In this document: in pieces, positions 1-8,384 of the stretch
How positions within the stretch are numbered: position 1 is the first letter of the stretch
Layout of the letters: each line of letters opens with the position of its first letter
Source: an uncultured Desulfobulbaceae bacterium
GTDB lineage: Bacteria > Desulfobacterota > Dissulfuribacteria > Dissulfuribacterales > DYLC01
Length of the DNA stretch: 64,000 nt
Direction: 5' to 3'
Assembly: GCA_964427245.1 (NCBI GenBank)
Contig: CAYRSX010000040.1
Location: forward strand, 91,258 to 155,257
Position numbers and translations under genes: made by a program
The notes under the pieces: generated by a model
What the model saw: the letters and a program-made list of their open reading frames with translations, nothing else
Told to the model about the DNA's origin: nothing
Databases searched by the model: none

Positions 1-731
1 TCATAAAGCCGAAGGTGCCGGTGGTGACGGCTGTGAATCGAAAAGAGGCCCTTGCAATCATAGAAGAACGGGCGGAATTGCTGCAAAGCCCTGTTTTTAG
101 ATTGGGTCGAGAGTTTTCGGCCCATGAATCACACGGTGAGATGGAATATGAAGGGTTGAAATGCCGCATAAAAGGTATAAAGCCTGGGCTTTCGGGCAGG
201 CATCAATACGACAACGCCGGCCTTGCCTTGGCCGTCTGCGAACTCACAGGGCAGCAATTCAAGACAGGCGAAGCAGTGATGAAGCACGGCATCGAAACCA
301 CTTTTTGGCCCTGTCGAGGCGAGTTCGTGCACCTTACCGGTGGTCAGGATTTATTGTTGGATGGAGCACATAATCCCAATGGCATTCAGGCGCTTTGCGC
401 CCTGTTGGTAAGTCTAAAAATGCCTTTCAAGGAATCGGCCCTGCTGTTTGCGGCCTCTAACGAGGGCAAAGACAAGGACTTTGGGGCGATGCTGCGAGAG
501 TTGTCGCCTTTTTTTGAGCGCATCTATATTACGGAACCCCCAGGTCCCAGAAGACCTGTGACGATAGGGGAATGGCCGGCCTTGAACCTAAAGCAAGGCA
601 TCAACTTTATCAAGGATTGGCGTGAGGCATTAAATGCCTGCCTTTCCATGCAGCAAAACCGTTTTATCTGTGCAGCCGGTTCATTGTATCTCGCTGGTGC
701 GGTCAGGCATGAGGTCATGGGGCATGTTTGA
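1..731 (+). CDS. folC: folylpolyglutamate synthase / dihydrofolate synthase, C-terminal part (5' end outside window)
   Basis: The frame is open from base 3 to TGA 729-731. The listed first codon at 15 is GTG with no upstream stop. 'LLLDGAHNPNGIQAL' is the DGAHN motif of the Mur-ligase/FolC C-terminal domain. Confidence 0.7.
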   Translation, partial: IKPKVPVVTAVNRKEALAIIEERAELLQSPVFRLGREFSAHESHGEMEYEGLKCRIKGIKPGLSGRHQYDNAGLALAVCELTGQQFKTGEAVMKHGIETTFWPCRGEFVHLTGGQDLLLDGAHNPNGIQALCALLVSLKMPFKESALLFAASNEGKDKDFGAMLRELSPFFERIYITEPPGPRRPVTIGEWPALNLKQGINFIKDWREALNACLSMQQNRFICAAGSLYLAGAVRHEVMGHV

Positions 732-732
732 T

Positions 733-1326
733 TTATGAGAGTTGCAGCTCTTCGCCTTTAGCCATGGCTTCTCCCAGCCTTTTTGCATCTTTCAGTGCAG
801 TTTCATGGCTTTCAATCTCACCTTTTGCATCTATTCCGCGATAGAGCAGGCTTCCTACGAATTTCATGTCCAGGGCATCGAAGAAGTATTTCATCACGCG
901 TTGAGCACCGTCAAACAGGAGTTTTCCCTTTGTGGCGCCAATGCCGAGAAAGACGCCATGGCCTGGTTTTTGACGTTTTATGATGCCGTTTAGCCGGTAT
1001 TTGGCCACCCACAGGGCCTGAGTTCGCTCCACCACTGCCTGCATGGCGGACGATATGTTGTAAAAGAACATGGGTGATGCCGCTATCACATAGTCCGCTG
1101 CAAGAAATCGTTCATAAACAGGCGTCAGGTCGTCTTTTAGCACGCATACGCCTGTTTGATCACAGCCTTCACACTCGATACAGCCTTTGAAATTGAGGGC
1201 ATAGAGTCGAAGTTTTTCTGTAGACGCCCCTTGAGCCTGTGCATGGGAAAGAAGGGCATCGAGCAATATATCTGTGTTGCCGCCGAGCCTTGGAGAGCCC
1301 ATGAGACCAAGTATGGAAATGGACAT
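733..1326 (-). CDS. iron-sulfur flavoprotein-like NAD(P)H-dependent FMN reductase
   Basis: Has the 'LGLMGSPRLGGNT' flavodoxin-like loop and the compact CIECEGCDQTGVC (CX2CX2CX5C) cluster motif typical of Isf-type flavoproteins. AGGAGG lies 4 nt upstream of ATG 1326; TTG 1350 is an alternative start. Confidence 0.7.
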   Translation of the reverse strand: MSISILGLMGSPRLGGNTDILLDALLSHAQAQGASTEKLRLYALNFKGCIECEGCDQTGVCVLKDDLTPVYERFLAADYVIAASPMFFYNISSAMQAVVERTQALWVAKYRLNGIIKRQKPGHGVFLGIGATKGKLLFDGAQRVMKYFFDALDMKFVGSLLYRGIDAKGEIESHETALKDAKRLGEAMAKGEELQLS

Positions 1327-1363
1327 GCTTCCTCCTTTAATTATAGACAAACGGGTTTCAGCA

Positions 1364-1390
1364 TAGGGGCGGGTTCAGAACCCGCCCCTA
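1364..1390. repeat. GC-rich palindromic repeat 'taggggcgggt-tcaga-acccgccccta'
   Basis: Perfect 11-bp inverted repeat read directly. A diverged second copy 'gtaggggcgggttctgaatcctcccctac' lies at 6092-6120. Confidence 0.8.
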
Positions 1391-1424
1391 CGGAATCGAC
1401 TGCTATCTTATAGTTCATTTTCTG

Positions 1425-1522
1425 CCGAGCGTAGCGCTTTTACGTGTCATTCCGAGCGTAGAGAGGAATCTTAAGATTTCTCACACCACCCCGCCCTTCG
1501 GGCACTCACTCCACCGGAGGGG
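1425..1522 (+). repeat. 98-nt intergenic repeat unit, copy A (contains two 'cattccgagcgtag' cores)
   Basis: Hand alignment to 5938-6035 gives 95/98 identical bases in the same orientation. Confidence 0.9.
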
Positions 1523-1836
1523 AATTTATTACTCCTTTGAAATGACATGCAGTCGCTGCGCTTCATTTATAATAATATAACTTGAATTCATGCGGCCATG
1601 GATGGTCATTCTATTGTTACACTAAATCCCATTTTAAATCATTTCACAATGGTCAGATTTCAAGATTCTACATCAGGTCTTCAAGATGCACAAAAAAGAG
1701 GTCAGCATGTCGGTAGGCAGTCTGAAGCTCGAAGCCGTGGTGTTGTGCAGCAGGCCGACCAGGTCATGGCCGGCGGTGATGGAAACGATTGGTTTGACAC
1801 TGACGGTGGTCTGGTCTGGAGTGATGTATTGCAAAA

Positions 1837-3444
1837 TTAAGGGGTCTTAAGCCCCAGTCTGCGGCTTATTCCCGCTATAACGGCCTTGAGTTCCGGCACA
1901 TTCAGGGTATAAACCGCGGCGGCATAGAACAGGGCGCCCATGGCCACCCCTGCCATAAGGCCTAATCCCTGAACCCAGAAACCCTGGGCCTGCCACATAT
2001 TTTGCCACAGTCTTACCAGAATGCCCATGCCTATGGATGCCAGTCCTATCTTGCAGACAGACGGCGTCAGTCTTTGCAATGCGAATCCCCCGATTTTTTT
2101 GTGCAGGATTCTGGCCAGAAGCATCAGATTCGCTATGGCGCTGATGGAGGTGGCAAGGGCGATGGACCTGTGTTCAAGATGCCGCAGGGTGAGAAGGATA
2201 AACAGTATGTTGCAGAGTACCGCCAGGAAACTGCCGATCACAGGCCACTTGGTGTCGTTCAGGGCATAAAATACAGGCGCTATGACCTTGACGCCTGCGT
2301 ATGCCGTAAGTCCAAGGGCGTAGAGTTCCAGCGCCTGAGCAGTCATGAGAGTGTCATGGGGCAGAAATCTGCCGTGTTCATAGATGAGCCTTATGATGGG
2401 TTTAGCCAGAATGAAAAGCCCAACTGATGCAGGAACGGCCAGGCCGATACACAAAATCAGGCTTGAATGTAGTACATCCTTCAGCCGATTCATATCCATT
2501 GCAGCAGCCATGCGCGAAATGGCTGGCATACTTGCCACCGACATGGCCACGCCGAAAAGCCCTATGGGAAAAAGCATGAATCGAAAGGCATAGTTGAGCC
2601 AGGCTACGCTGCCTTCTGCGCATTGGGAGGCAAAGTTGGTGTTGACGAAGATGTTGATCTGTGTGGCTGAGAGCCCTATTATGGCAGGCAGCATGAGCCG
2701 GAAGATGCGTTTTAGCCCTGGTTCAGCCGGATTCCATGTCGGTTTTATGTGAAAGCCCTGTTTTTTAAGAAGCGGTATTTGAATCAGAAGTTGCATGATA
2801 CCGCCTGCCAATGTGCCCACGGCCATGCCTATTATGGCGTTTATGCCCCAAAAGGGCAGAATCAGAGCGAGCCCTGCGCCCACAATAATGGAGCCTATGT
2901 TGAAGCAGGCCGATGAAAACGCCGGAATAAAGAAGAAGCCCTTGGTATTCAGAATACCCATTATAATAGATGCCTGGGATACAAAGAGCAGAAACGGTGC
3001 CATGATGAGCGTAAGCAAGACGGTCAAGTCTGTCTTACCTGAGACGGCCTGAAAATTAGGGGATATGAGTTGAACCAGTTCCCTAGAAAAGACCATTTCC
3101 AGCACAACAACAAGAGAGACCACAGCGGCCATGACTGTAAAGACATTGTTGACCAGCTGTTTTAGCTCTTCAGCCGTCCGTTTTTTTTCGTAGTCCGTAA
3201 AGACAGTGACGAATGCAGAGCTCAATGCGCCTTCTGCAAAGAGGTCACGCAACAGATTGGGAATGCGAAAGGCCACCACAAATGCATCTGCGGCCATTCC
3301 TGCACCGAAAAGCCACGCAAATACCTGCTCCCGCACTACGCCCATAATGCGGGAAAGAAAGACGGCTGTTCCGACAGCCCCTGCCGATCGTGCAAGCTTT
3401 TGAGCATCAGTTGTGGATTTAGTCACATTTAGGGGCCGTTGCAT
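1837..3444 (-). CDS. murJ: lipid II flippase MurJ/MviN
   Basis: 'FLSRIMGVVREQVFAWLFGAGMAADAFVVAFRIPNLLRDLFAEGALSSAFV' is the conserved MurJ N-terminal signature, and the protein is polytopic and hydrophobic throughout. The start is ambiguous: GTG 3483, ATG 3444, or GTG 3426 overlapping the upstream stop. Confidence 0.85.
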   Translation of the reverse strand: MQRPLNVTKSTTDAQKLARSAGAVGTAVFLSRIMGVVREQVFAWLFGAGMAADAFVVAFRIPNLLRDLFAEGALSSAFVTVFTDYEKKRTAEELKQLVNNVFTVMAAVVSLVVVLEMVFSRELVQLISPNFQAVSGKTDLTVLLTLIMAPFLLFVSQASIIMGILNTKGFFFIPAFSSACFNIGSIIVGAGLALILPFWGINAIIGMAVGTLAGGIMQLLIQIPLLKKQGFHIKPTWNPAEPGLKRIFRLMLPAIIGLSATQINIFVNTNFASQCAEGSVAWLNYAFRFMLFPIGLFGVAMSVASMPAISRMAAAMDMNRLKDVLHSSLILCIGLAVPASVGLFILAKPIIRLIYEHGRFLPHDTLMTAQALELYALGLTAYAGVKVIAPVFYALNDTKWPVIGSFLAVLCNILFILLTLRHLEHRSIALATSISAIANLMLLARILHKKIGGFALQRLTPSVCKIGLASIGMGILVRLWQNMWQAQGFWVQGLGLMAGVAMGALFYAAAVYTLNVPELKAVIAGISRRLGLKTP

Positions 3445-5812
3445 GGGGTATGCAGTAGGGACCTTCTGGTGTGTCCACGACACTGAAGCCTAATTGTTGC
3501 AATTGGTTGCGTAGCTGGTCAGACTGCACCCAATCCCTTGCCTGTTTGGCCTGTTCTCGAAGGTTAAGGAGTTTTTTTGCTTCATTTGGCAGATAGGATG
3601 GGTTTAGAATTCGTCTGTCAAGAATGCCCAAAATGGCATCCATCTCCAACATAACGCCAGAGATGGCCTGCTTTTCTTCACTTAAAAGAGGGCGTTCTCT
3701 TTTTATCAGATGCACCTCTTTGATCAATTTCAAAAGGGCGGTAATGGCATTGGCCACATTGAGGTCATCGTCCAATGCGGCAAGGAATTCTGTACGTGCT
3801 GCTGATATCATTTGGGTTAACTGTTCTGTGGCCGCTGTTTCTTTCTGTTTATTTGTTTTTTTGTCTTCCGGTGAACTTGAGCACAACTGGAGTTCGTACC
3901 AGAATTCATCTATTTTTTGTAGGAGTCTGGCCGCTTCCTCTATGGCGTTGCATGAGTAATGAATGGGTTTCCTGTAGTGGGTTTTTAGGAGGAAAAAACG
4001 GATTCCACGGCTGGACCAGCCCTGTTCCCGAAGCTCCCGCAGCGTGACGATGTTGTTATTGGCCCTGGAGATTTTCTTGCCCTTCCAATAGACCAGGTCG
4101 CTGTGCAGCCAGTAACGGGCTAATGGTTTGCCGGTGAGGGCCATGGAGATGGCGATTTCGTTTTCATGATGAGGGAACAACAGGCTTTTGTCGCTGGTGT
4201 GAATATCAAAGGTTTCTCCCAAGTATCTTCTGGACATGGCCACGCATTCGATATGCAGCCCAGGCCTCACTCGCCCCCATTCCGTCTGAAAACCTATGCC
4301 GTGTTTCAGTTCCTGCAGCGTGACCCTTTTGAAGAGCGTGAAGTCGGCTGGGTGGTCCTTTTCATAGTTGTCGAGATCAACAGTGCGTCCTATATCCAGA
4401 CCCTTTGAGTCTATGCGGGAAAGGCAGCCGTAGTTGGAGAGCTTGGAGATGTCGAAATATACGGAGCCGTGTTTTATATAGGCATAGCCCTTTTCCAGGA
4501 GTTTTCTTGTGATCCCCAGCATGTCTTCCACGTGTTCACTGGCCCTTGGATAGAAAGTAGCTGGCTTGACATTTAACAAGGAAAGATCATTTAGAAATTT
4601 TTGAATATAATCCTGAGTAAGCTCGGCAAGGGACACCTTGCTGGCCATGGCCTCTCCAATGGTCTTGTCATCGATATCGGTGATGTTCATGACATGAATC
4701 ACCTCAAAACCTTTAGCTTCCAAAAAACGCTGAATCAGGTCGGAGACCAGCACACGTCGGCATAGACCCAGATGTGTTTCTTCGTAGGCTGTTGGGCCGC
4801 AGCTATACATGCTAATGCGTTTTTCCGTGCCAGCCTCTTCAAATTTTTCCTTTTTAAGGGATAAACTGTTATAAAAGCGCAAACCGTTTCCTCGGTCTTT
4901 ATCGTCTCTTTTCTGCGGCACAGCAAATAGGCCTGTACTCAGATACCGCTCGCCGCCGTCCGGGAAAATGACCACTACGATCCCTTCTTCGAGCAGGGCT
5001 GCCTCCTGCAGGGCTGCTGCAAAGGCTGCCCCTGAACTCATGCCTACAAACAGCCCCTCCTCTTTGGCCAGACGGCGCGCATATTCAAATGCCTCTTCGT
5101 CATGAATGTTTATAACGGCATCGGGTAGATTTTTGTCATAGATGCCGGGTTTATAGGATTCCTTCATGTTTTTGAGGCCTTGTATCTTGTGCCCGAGATA
5201 TGGCTCCACTCCCACCATGCGAACCTTTGGATTTAATTCCCTCATACGCTTGGTGATGCCCATAAGAGTGCCGGTGGTCCCCATTGTGGCCACTATGGTA
5301 TTCACTTTGCCCTGCGTCTGCTCCCATATCTCAAGGGATGTGCCGTTGTAATGAGAGAGCCAGTTGTCTGAATTGTTAAACTGGTCGGTCAGAAAGTAGC
5401 GCTCCGGGTACTCTCGACCCAGGTTATATATCGCCTCTATGGCCCCGTCCGTGCCTTGTTTGGCAGGGGTGAGCAATATTTTCGCTCCAAATGCTTGCAT
5501 AATCTGCCTGCGTTCGATACTGGCTGATTCGCTCATGGCTATCAGGCAACGATAGCCTTTGACAGCACATACCATGGCCAGCCCGATGCCCGTATTGCCG
5601 CTGCTTGCCTCTGCCACTATTCGATTTTTGGATAGCTCGCTTCTGGCTTCAGCGGCCTGAATCATGGAAAGGGCGATGCGGTCTTTTATGGAACCCCCTG
5701 GATTGAAAGACTCCATCTTGGCCAATATTCGAATATTTTTGTATGGGTTCAGACGGGTTATGGGAATCAAAGGTGTATTTCCTATTTTTTCCAGTATGGA
5801 GTTGGGCCACAT
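3419..5812 (-). CDS. fusion protein: PLP-dependent cysteine synthase (CysK/CysM-type) + cysteinyl-tRNA synthetase-like module with degenerate class-I signatures
   Basis: N-terminal half: 'NPGGSIKDR' (PLP lysine), 'SSGNTG', 'GMSSGAA'. C-terminal half: 'YSCGPTAYEETHLGLC', 'NITDIDDKTI', 'RPGLHIEC', 'FPHHENEIA', 'KISRA', and the CysRS C-terminal tail. AGGAGG lies 6 nt before ATG 5812. Confidence 0.85.
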   Translation of the reverse strand: MWPNSILEKIGNTPLIPITRLNPYKNIRILAKMESFNPGGSIKDRIALSMIQAAEARSELSKNRIVAEASSGNTGIGLAMVCAVKGYRCLIAMSESASIERRQIMQAFGAKILLTPAKQGTDGAIEAIYNLGREYPERYFLTDQFNNSDNWLSHYNGTSLEIWEQTQGKVNTIVATMGTTGTLMGITKRMRELNPKVRMVGVEPYLGHKIQGLKNMKESYKPGIYDKNLPDAVINIHDEEAFEYARRLAKEEGLFVGMSSGAAFAAALQEAALLEEGIVVVIFPDGGERYLSTGLFAVPQKRDDKDRGNGLRFYNSLSLKKEKFEEAGTEKRISMYSCGPTAYEETHLGLCRRVLVSDLIQRFLEAKGFEVIHVMNITDIDDKTIGEAMASKVSLAELTQDYIQKFLNDLSLLNVKPATFYPRASEHVEDMLGITRKLLEKGYAYIKHGSVYFDISKLSNYGCLSRIDSKGLDIGRTVDLDNYEKDHPADFTLFKRVTLQELKHGIGFQTEWGRVRPGLHIECVAMSRRYLGETFDIHTSDKSLLFPHHENEIAISMALTGKPLARYWLHSDLVYWKGKKISRANNNIVTLRELREQGWSSRGIRFFLLKTHYRKPIHYSCNAIEEAARLLQKIDEFWYELQLCSSSPEDKKTNKQKETAATEQLTQMISAARTEFLAALDDDLNVANAITALLKLIKEVHLIKRERPLLSEEKQAISGVMLEMDAILGILDRRILNPSYLPNEAKKLLNLREQAKQARDWVQSDQLRNQLQQLGFSVVDTPEGPYCIPHATAPKCD

Positions 5813-5937
5813 GACATACCTCCTGTATTGAGCATGACAACCGGCATTAAATACCACTTGTCATGGGTTTGCAAGAAAGGTGTAAAAACAGAAAAAGAAA
5901 CGAAAAAGAAAGGACAGGCATTTTTTGCGTTGTCATT

Positions 5938-6035
5938 CCGAGCGTAGCGCTTTTACGTGTCATTCCGAGCGTAGCGAGGAATCTTAAGATTTCTCACACC
6001 ACCCAGCCCTTCGGGCACTCACTCCACAGGAGGGG
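5938..6035 (+). repeat. 98-nt intergenic repeat unit, copy B
   Basis: 95/98 identity to 1425-1522. Preceded by an extra 'gtcatt', so two full 'gtcattccgagcgtag' cores are present (5932-5947 and 5958-5973). Confidence 0.9.
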
Positions 6036-6091
6036 TTCTTGTTAATGACTGGACAATTTAATAGCTGCTAAAATGACAGCAACCGTTTTCC

Positions 6092-6120
6092 GTAGGGGCG
6101 GGTTCTGAATCCTCCCCTAC
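6092..6120. repeat. GC-rich palindromic repeat, diverged copy
   Basis: 'gtaggggcgggttctgaatcctcccctac' is related to 1364-1390. Confidence 0.7.
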
Positions 6121-6128
6121 CTTGTATC

Positions 6129-6157
6129 TTGACATCTTATAGCTATATGGCTATTTT
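6129..6157 (+). promoter_or_regulatory. candidate sigma70-type promoter of the arsR-like operon
   Basis: TTGACA (6129-6134), 17-nt spacer, TATTTT (6152-6157). This would place the transcription start at or next to ATG 6165, possibly giving a leaderless mRNA. Sequence pattern only. Confidence 0.3.
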
Positions 6158-6164
6158 TCTATTT

Positions 6165-6521
6165 ATGAAAAAGTTAATTTTATGTCTCAAGGCCGTTGCA
6201 GACGGCACCCGCTTCAAGATACTCAAGCTCTTGGCCTTGCAGCCTGCCTGTGTCTGTGAGCTGACAGCAGTTTTGGGTCTGGCCCAGCCCACTGTCTCCA
6301 AGCATCTGCGCATTCTGGAACAAGCAGGTTTTGTGGAGTCCGAGAGAAACGGCATGCGTGTGGACTACCGTCTGAACCCCCGGCCTGATGCCGAAGTCGG
6401 AGAGCTTTTGCAGAGCATCTCTCATTGGCTGGAGGATGATAGTGAGATAGAAAGGCTGCGTATGCAACTCAAGGCAGTTTGCGGCAAGGTCTGTGATTTT
6501 GCAAAGGGGGACACATGCTGA
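6165..6521 (+). CDS. ArsR/SmtB family metalloregulator
   Basis: 'LKAVADGTRFKILKLLALQPACVCELTAVLGLAQPTVSKHLRILEQAGFV' is a winged helix-turn-helix with the CVC metal(loid) site. The start could instead be 6147 or 6129 (TTG). Confidence 0.8.
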   Translation: MKKLILCLKAVADGTRFKILKLLALQPACVCELTAVLGLAQPTVSKHLRILEQAGFVESERNGMRVDYRLNPRPDAEVGELLQSISHWLEDDSEIERLRMQLKAVCGKVCDFAKGDTC

Positions 6522-7474
6522 AGATATTTACTCTGTTGGCAAATCTCATTGTCTATGATTGGCTTGGTATGGAAAAGGGCAGGCACCTTACCGATACCAT
6601 TCATTTCTTTATAGAAGATACCACAAAGATATTCTTTTTGCTTACGGTCATCATCTTTTTTGTGTCCATTATTCGCAGTTTCTTTACTCCGGAAAGGACT
6701 CGCCGGTTGCTATCTGGCAAAAGGCTGTTTCTGGGCAATATTCTGGCGGCTGGGTTGGGTGTGGTCACGCCATTTTGTTCCTGCTCCGCCTGCCCATTGT
6801 TCATTGGATTTGTGGAGTCAGGGATTCCTCTTGGAGTGACCTTTAGCTTTTTGATTTCATCGCCTATGGTAAACGAAGTGGCCCTGGTGCTGCTCTTGGG
6901 TTTGTTCGGTTGGAAGATTGCCGGCCTCTATCTGATATCTGGCCTTCTGGTGGCGATTGTAGCCGGTATAGTGATAGGGAAGCTCAATATGGAGCGCTAT
7001 GTTCAGGACTATGTCTGGCAGCTTCGCATGGGTGAGGTCCAAGAAACAGGAATGACGTGGCATGAGCGCATCGATTATGCCAAGGGTTATGTGCAGGACA
7101 TCCTGCGGCGCATTTGGCCCTATGTGCTTGGCGGAATTGGTGTAGGCGCTTTGATTCACGGCTATGTGCCAGAGGATTTCCTGCTTCGATATGCCGGGCC
7201 CGGCAACCCATTTGCCGTCCCTATAGCTGTGCTCATCGGGGTTCCGCTTTACAGCAATGCAGCAGGGGTCATTCCGGTGGTACAGGCCGTTATGTCGAAA
7301 GGACTGCCTTTGGGTACGACTTTGGCCTTTATGATGGCGGTGACCGCCCTTTCTGTCCCTGAAGCCACTATTCTTACGCAGGTGTTAAAAAAGGAATTAC
7401 TTTTCATATTCTTCGGCGTAGTGACCATTGCCATTATCGCAGTGGGATACCTTTTCAATTTTATGCTTGCATAG
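6515..7474 (+). CDS. COG0701/ArsP-like permease
   Basis: Polytopic membrane protein with the 'TPFCSCSACPLFIGF' motif typical of this permease family. Its start overlaps the arsR-like stop (ATGCTGA). Confidence 0.7.
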   Translation: MLKIFTLLANLIVYDWLGMEKGRHLTDTIHFFIEDTTKIFFLLTVIIFFVSIIRSFFTPERTRRLLSGKRLFLGNILAAGLGVVTPFCSCSACPLFIGFVESGIPLGVTFSFLISSPMVNEVALVLLLGLFGWKIAGLYLISGLLVAIVAGIVIGKLNMERYVQDYVWQLRMGEVQETGMTWHERIDYAKGYVQDILRRIWPYVLGGIGVGALIHGYVPEDFLLRYAGPGNPFAVPIAVLIGVPLYSNAAGVIPVVQAVMSKGLPLGTTLAFMMAVTALSVPEATILTQVLKKELLFIFFGVVTIAIIAVGYLFNFMLA

Positions 7475-7483
7475 AAAACGAAT

Positions 7484-7639
7484 ATGACAGAAAAAATCTG
7501 CTGGTGTTTTGGTTATACTGATGCTGATATTGTTGAGGATATAAAAAAACATGGCCGATCCACCATATTGGAGCGCATTGTGGATGAGAAAAAGGACGGT
7601 CACTGTGATTGCAGCCATAAAAATCCAAAGGGGAAGTGA
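7484..7639 (+). CDS. small Cys-rich BFD-like (2Fe-2S)/metal-binding protein, 51 aa (below ORF-track cutoff)
   Basis: Hand translation gives MTEKICWCFGYTDADIVEDIKKHGRSTILERIVDEKKDGHCDCSHKNPKGK*. The pattern is CxC-F-x-Y-T...I followed by a second CxC pair. It starts 10 nt after the permease stop. Confidence 0.55.
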   Translation: MTEKICWCFGYTDADIVEDIKKHGRSTILERIVDEKKDGHCDCSHKNPKGK

Positions 7640-7702
7640 TGTATTGGCGATGTCCGTCGTGTTGCGGAACAGGCTGTTAAACTTTTGAAGTAGATAGATA
7701 TA

Positions 7703-8338
7703 ATGGAAAGAGCGATACTAATCAGAAAGGCTAAGTGGCTTGCAATAATAACTATAGGTTATAATGTGATAGAAGGCCTGATTTCTGTTCTCTTCGGTCT
7801 GCAGGATGACACCCTTGCTCTTTTCGGTTTTGGAATGGATTCTTTTGTAGAGATTATATCAGGCGCTGGCATTCTGCATATGATTTTTCGTATGGAGCGT
7901 GCAAATGGCGAGAAGCATGACGCCTTTGAAAGGCTGGCGCTTTTTATTACGGGCGTAGCCTTCTATTTGTTGGCTTTTGGTCTTATTGTAACTGCATGTA
8001 TGAATATTTATTTAGGAAAGATGCCTGAAACTACCTTTTGGGGTATAGTTGTATCATTGTTATCTATTTTTACTATGTATTTTTTGATGCGCATAAAATT
8101 AACTGTTGGAAGACAATTAAATTCTGAAGCAATTATACAAGATGCCCATTGTACACGTATGTGTATTTATCTTTCTTGGTTATTACTTTCAGCAAGTATT
8201 GGTTTTGAATTGACAAAAATAGGTTATATCGATTCTATAGGTGCTCTTGGCATTGCATATTTATCATGGAAGGAAGGAAAGGAATCGTTTCAAAAGGCTC
8301 GTGGAGAGATATGTACTTGTTGTTCTTGTGGCCATTAG
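7703..8338 (+). CDS. cation-efflux (CDF)-like membrane protein lacking the cytoplasmic domain, Cys-rich tail
   Basis: 'WLAIITIGYNVIEGLISVLFGLQDDTLALFGFGMDSFVEIISG' resembles CDF TM1-TM2. The C-terminus is 'CTCCSCGH'. The assignment is tentative. Confidence 0.45.
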   Translation: MERAILIRKAKWLAIITIGYNVIEGLISVLFGLQDDTLALFGFGMDSFVEIISGAGILHMIFRMERANGEKHDAFERLALFITGVAFYLLAFGLIVTACMNIYLGKMPETTFWGIVVSLLSIFTMYFLMRIKLTVGRQLNSEAIIQDAHCTRMCIYLSWLLLSASIGFELTKIGYIDSIGALGIAYLSWKEGKESFQKARGEICTCCSCGH

Positions 8339-8384
8339 TTTATTTAACTCATATTGAGTAGCTAGCATTTTTAGGAGGTCAACT

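Noticed and set aside
1425-1470. Possible CRISPR-like array, because 'cattccgagcgtag' occurs twice about 27 nt apart (also at 5932-5973)
   Set aside because: Each locus has only two copies, with no regular repeat-spacer series and no cas genes. The pairs are part of a larger 98-nt unit.
5863-6045. 60-aa ORF (and likewise the 75-aa ORF at 23194-23421) lying in intergenic repeats
   Set aside because: They are translations of the 'cattccgagcgtag' / 'cattgcgag' repeat cores. They have no RBS, and the same DNA recurs in non-coding contexts.
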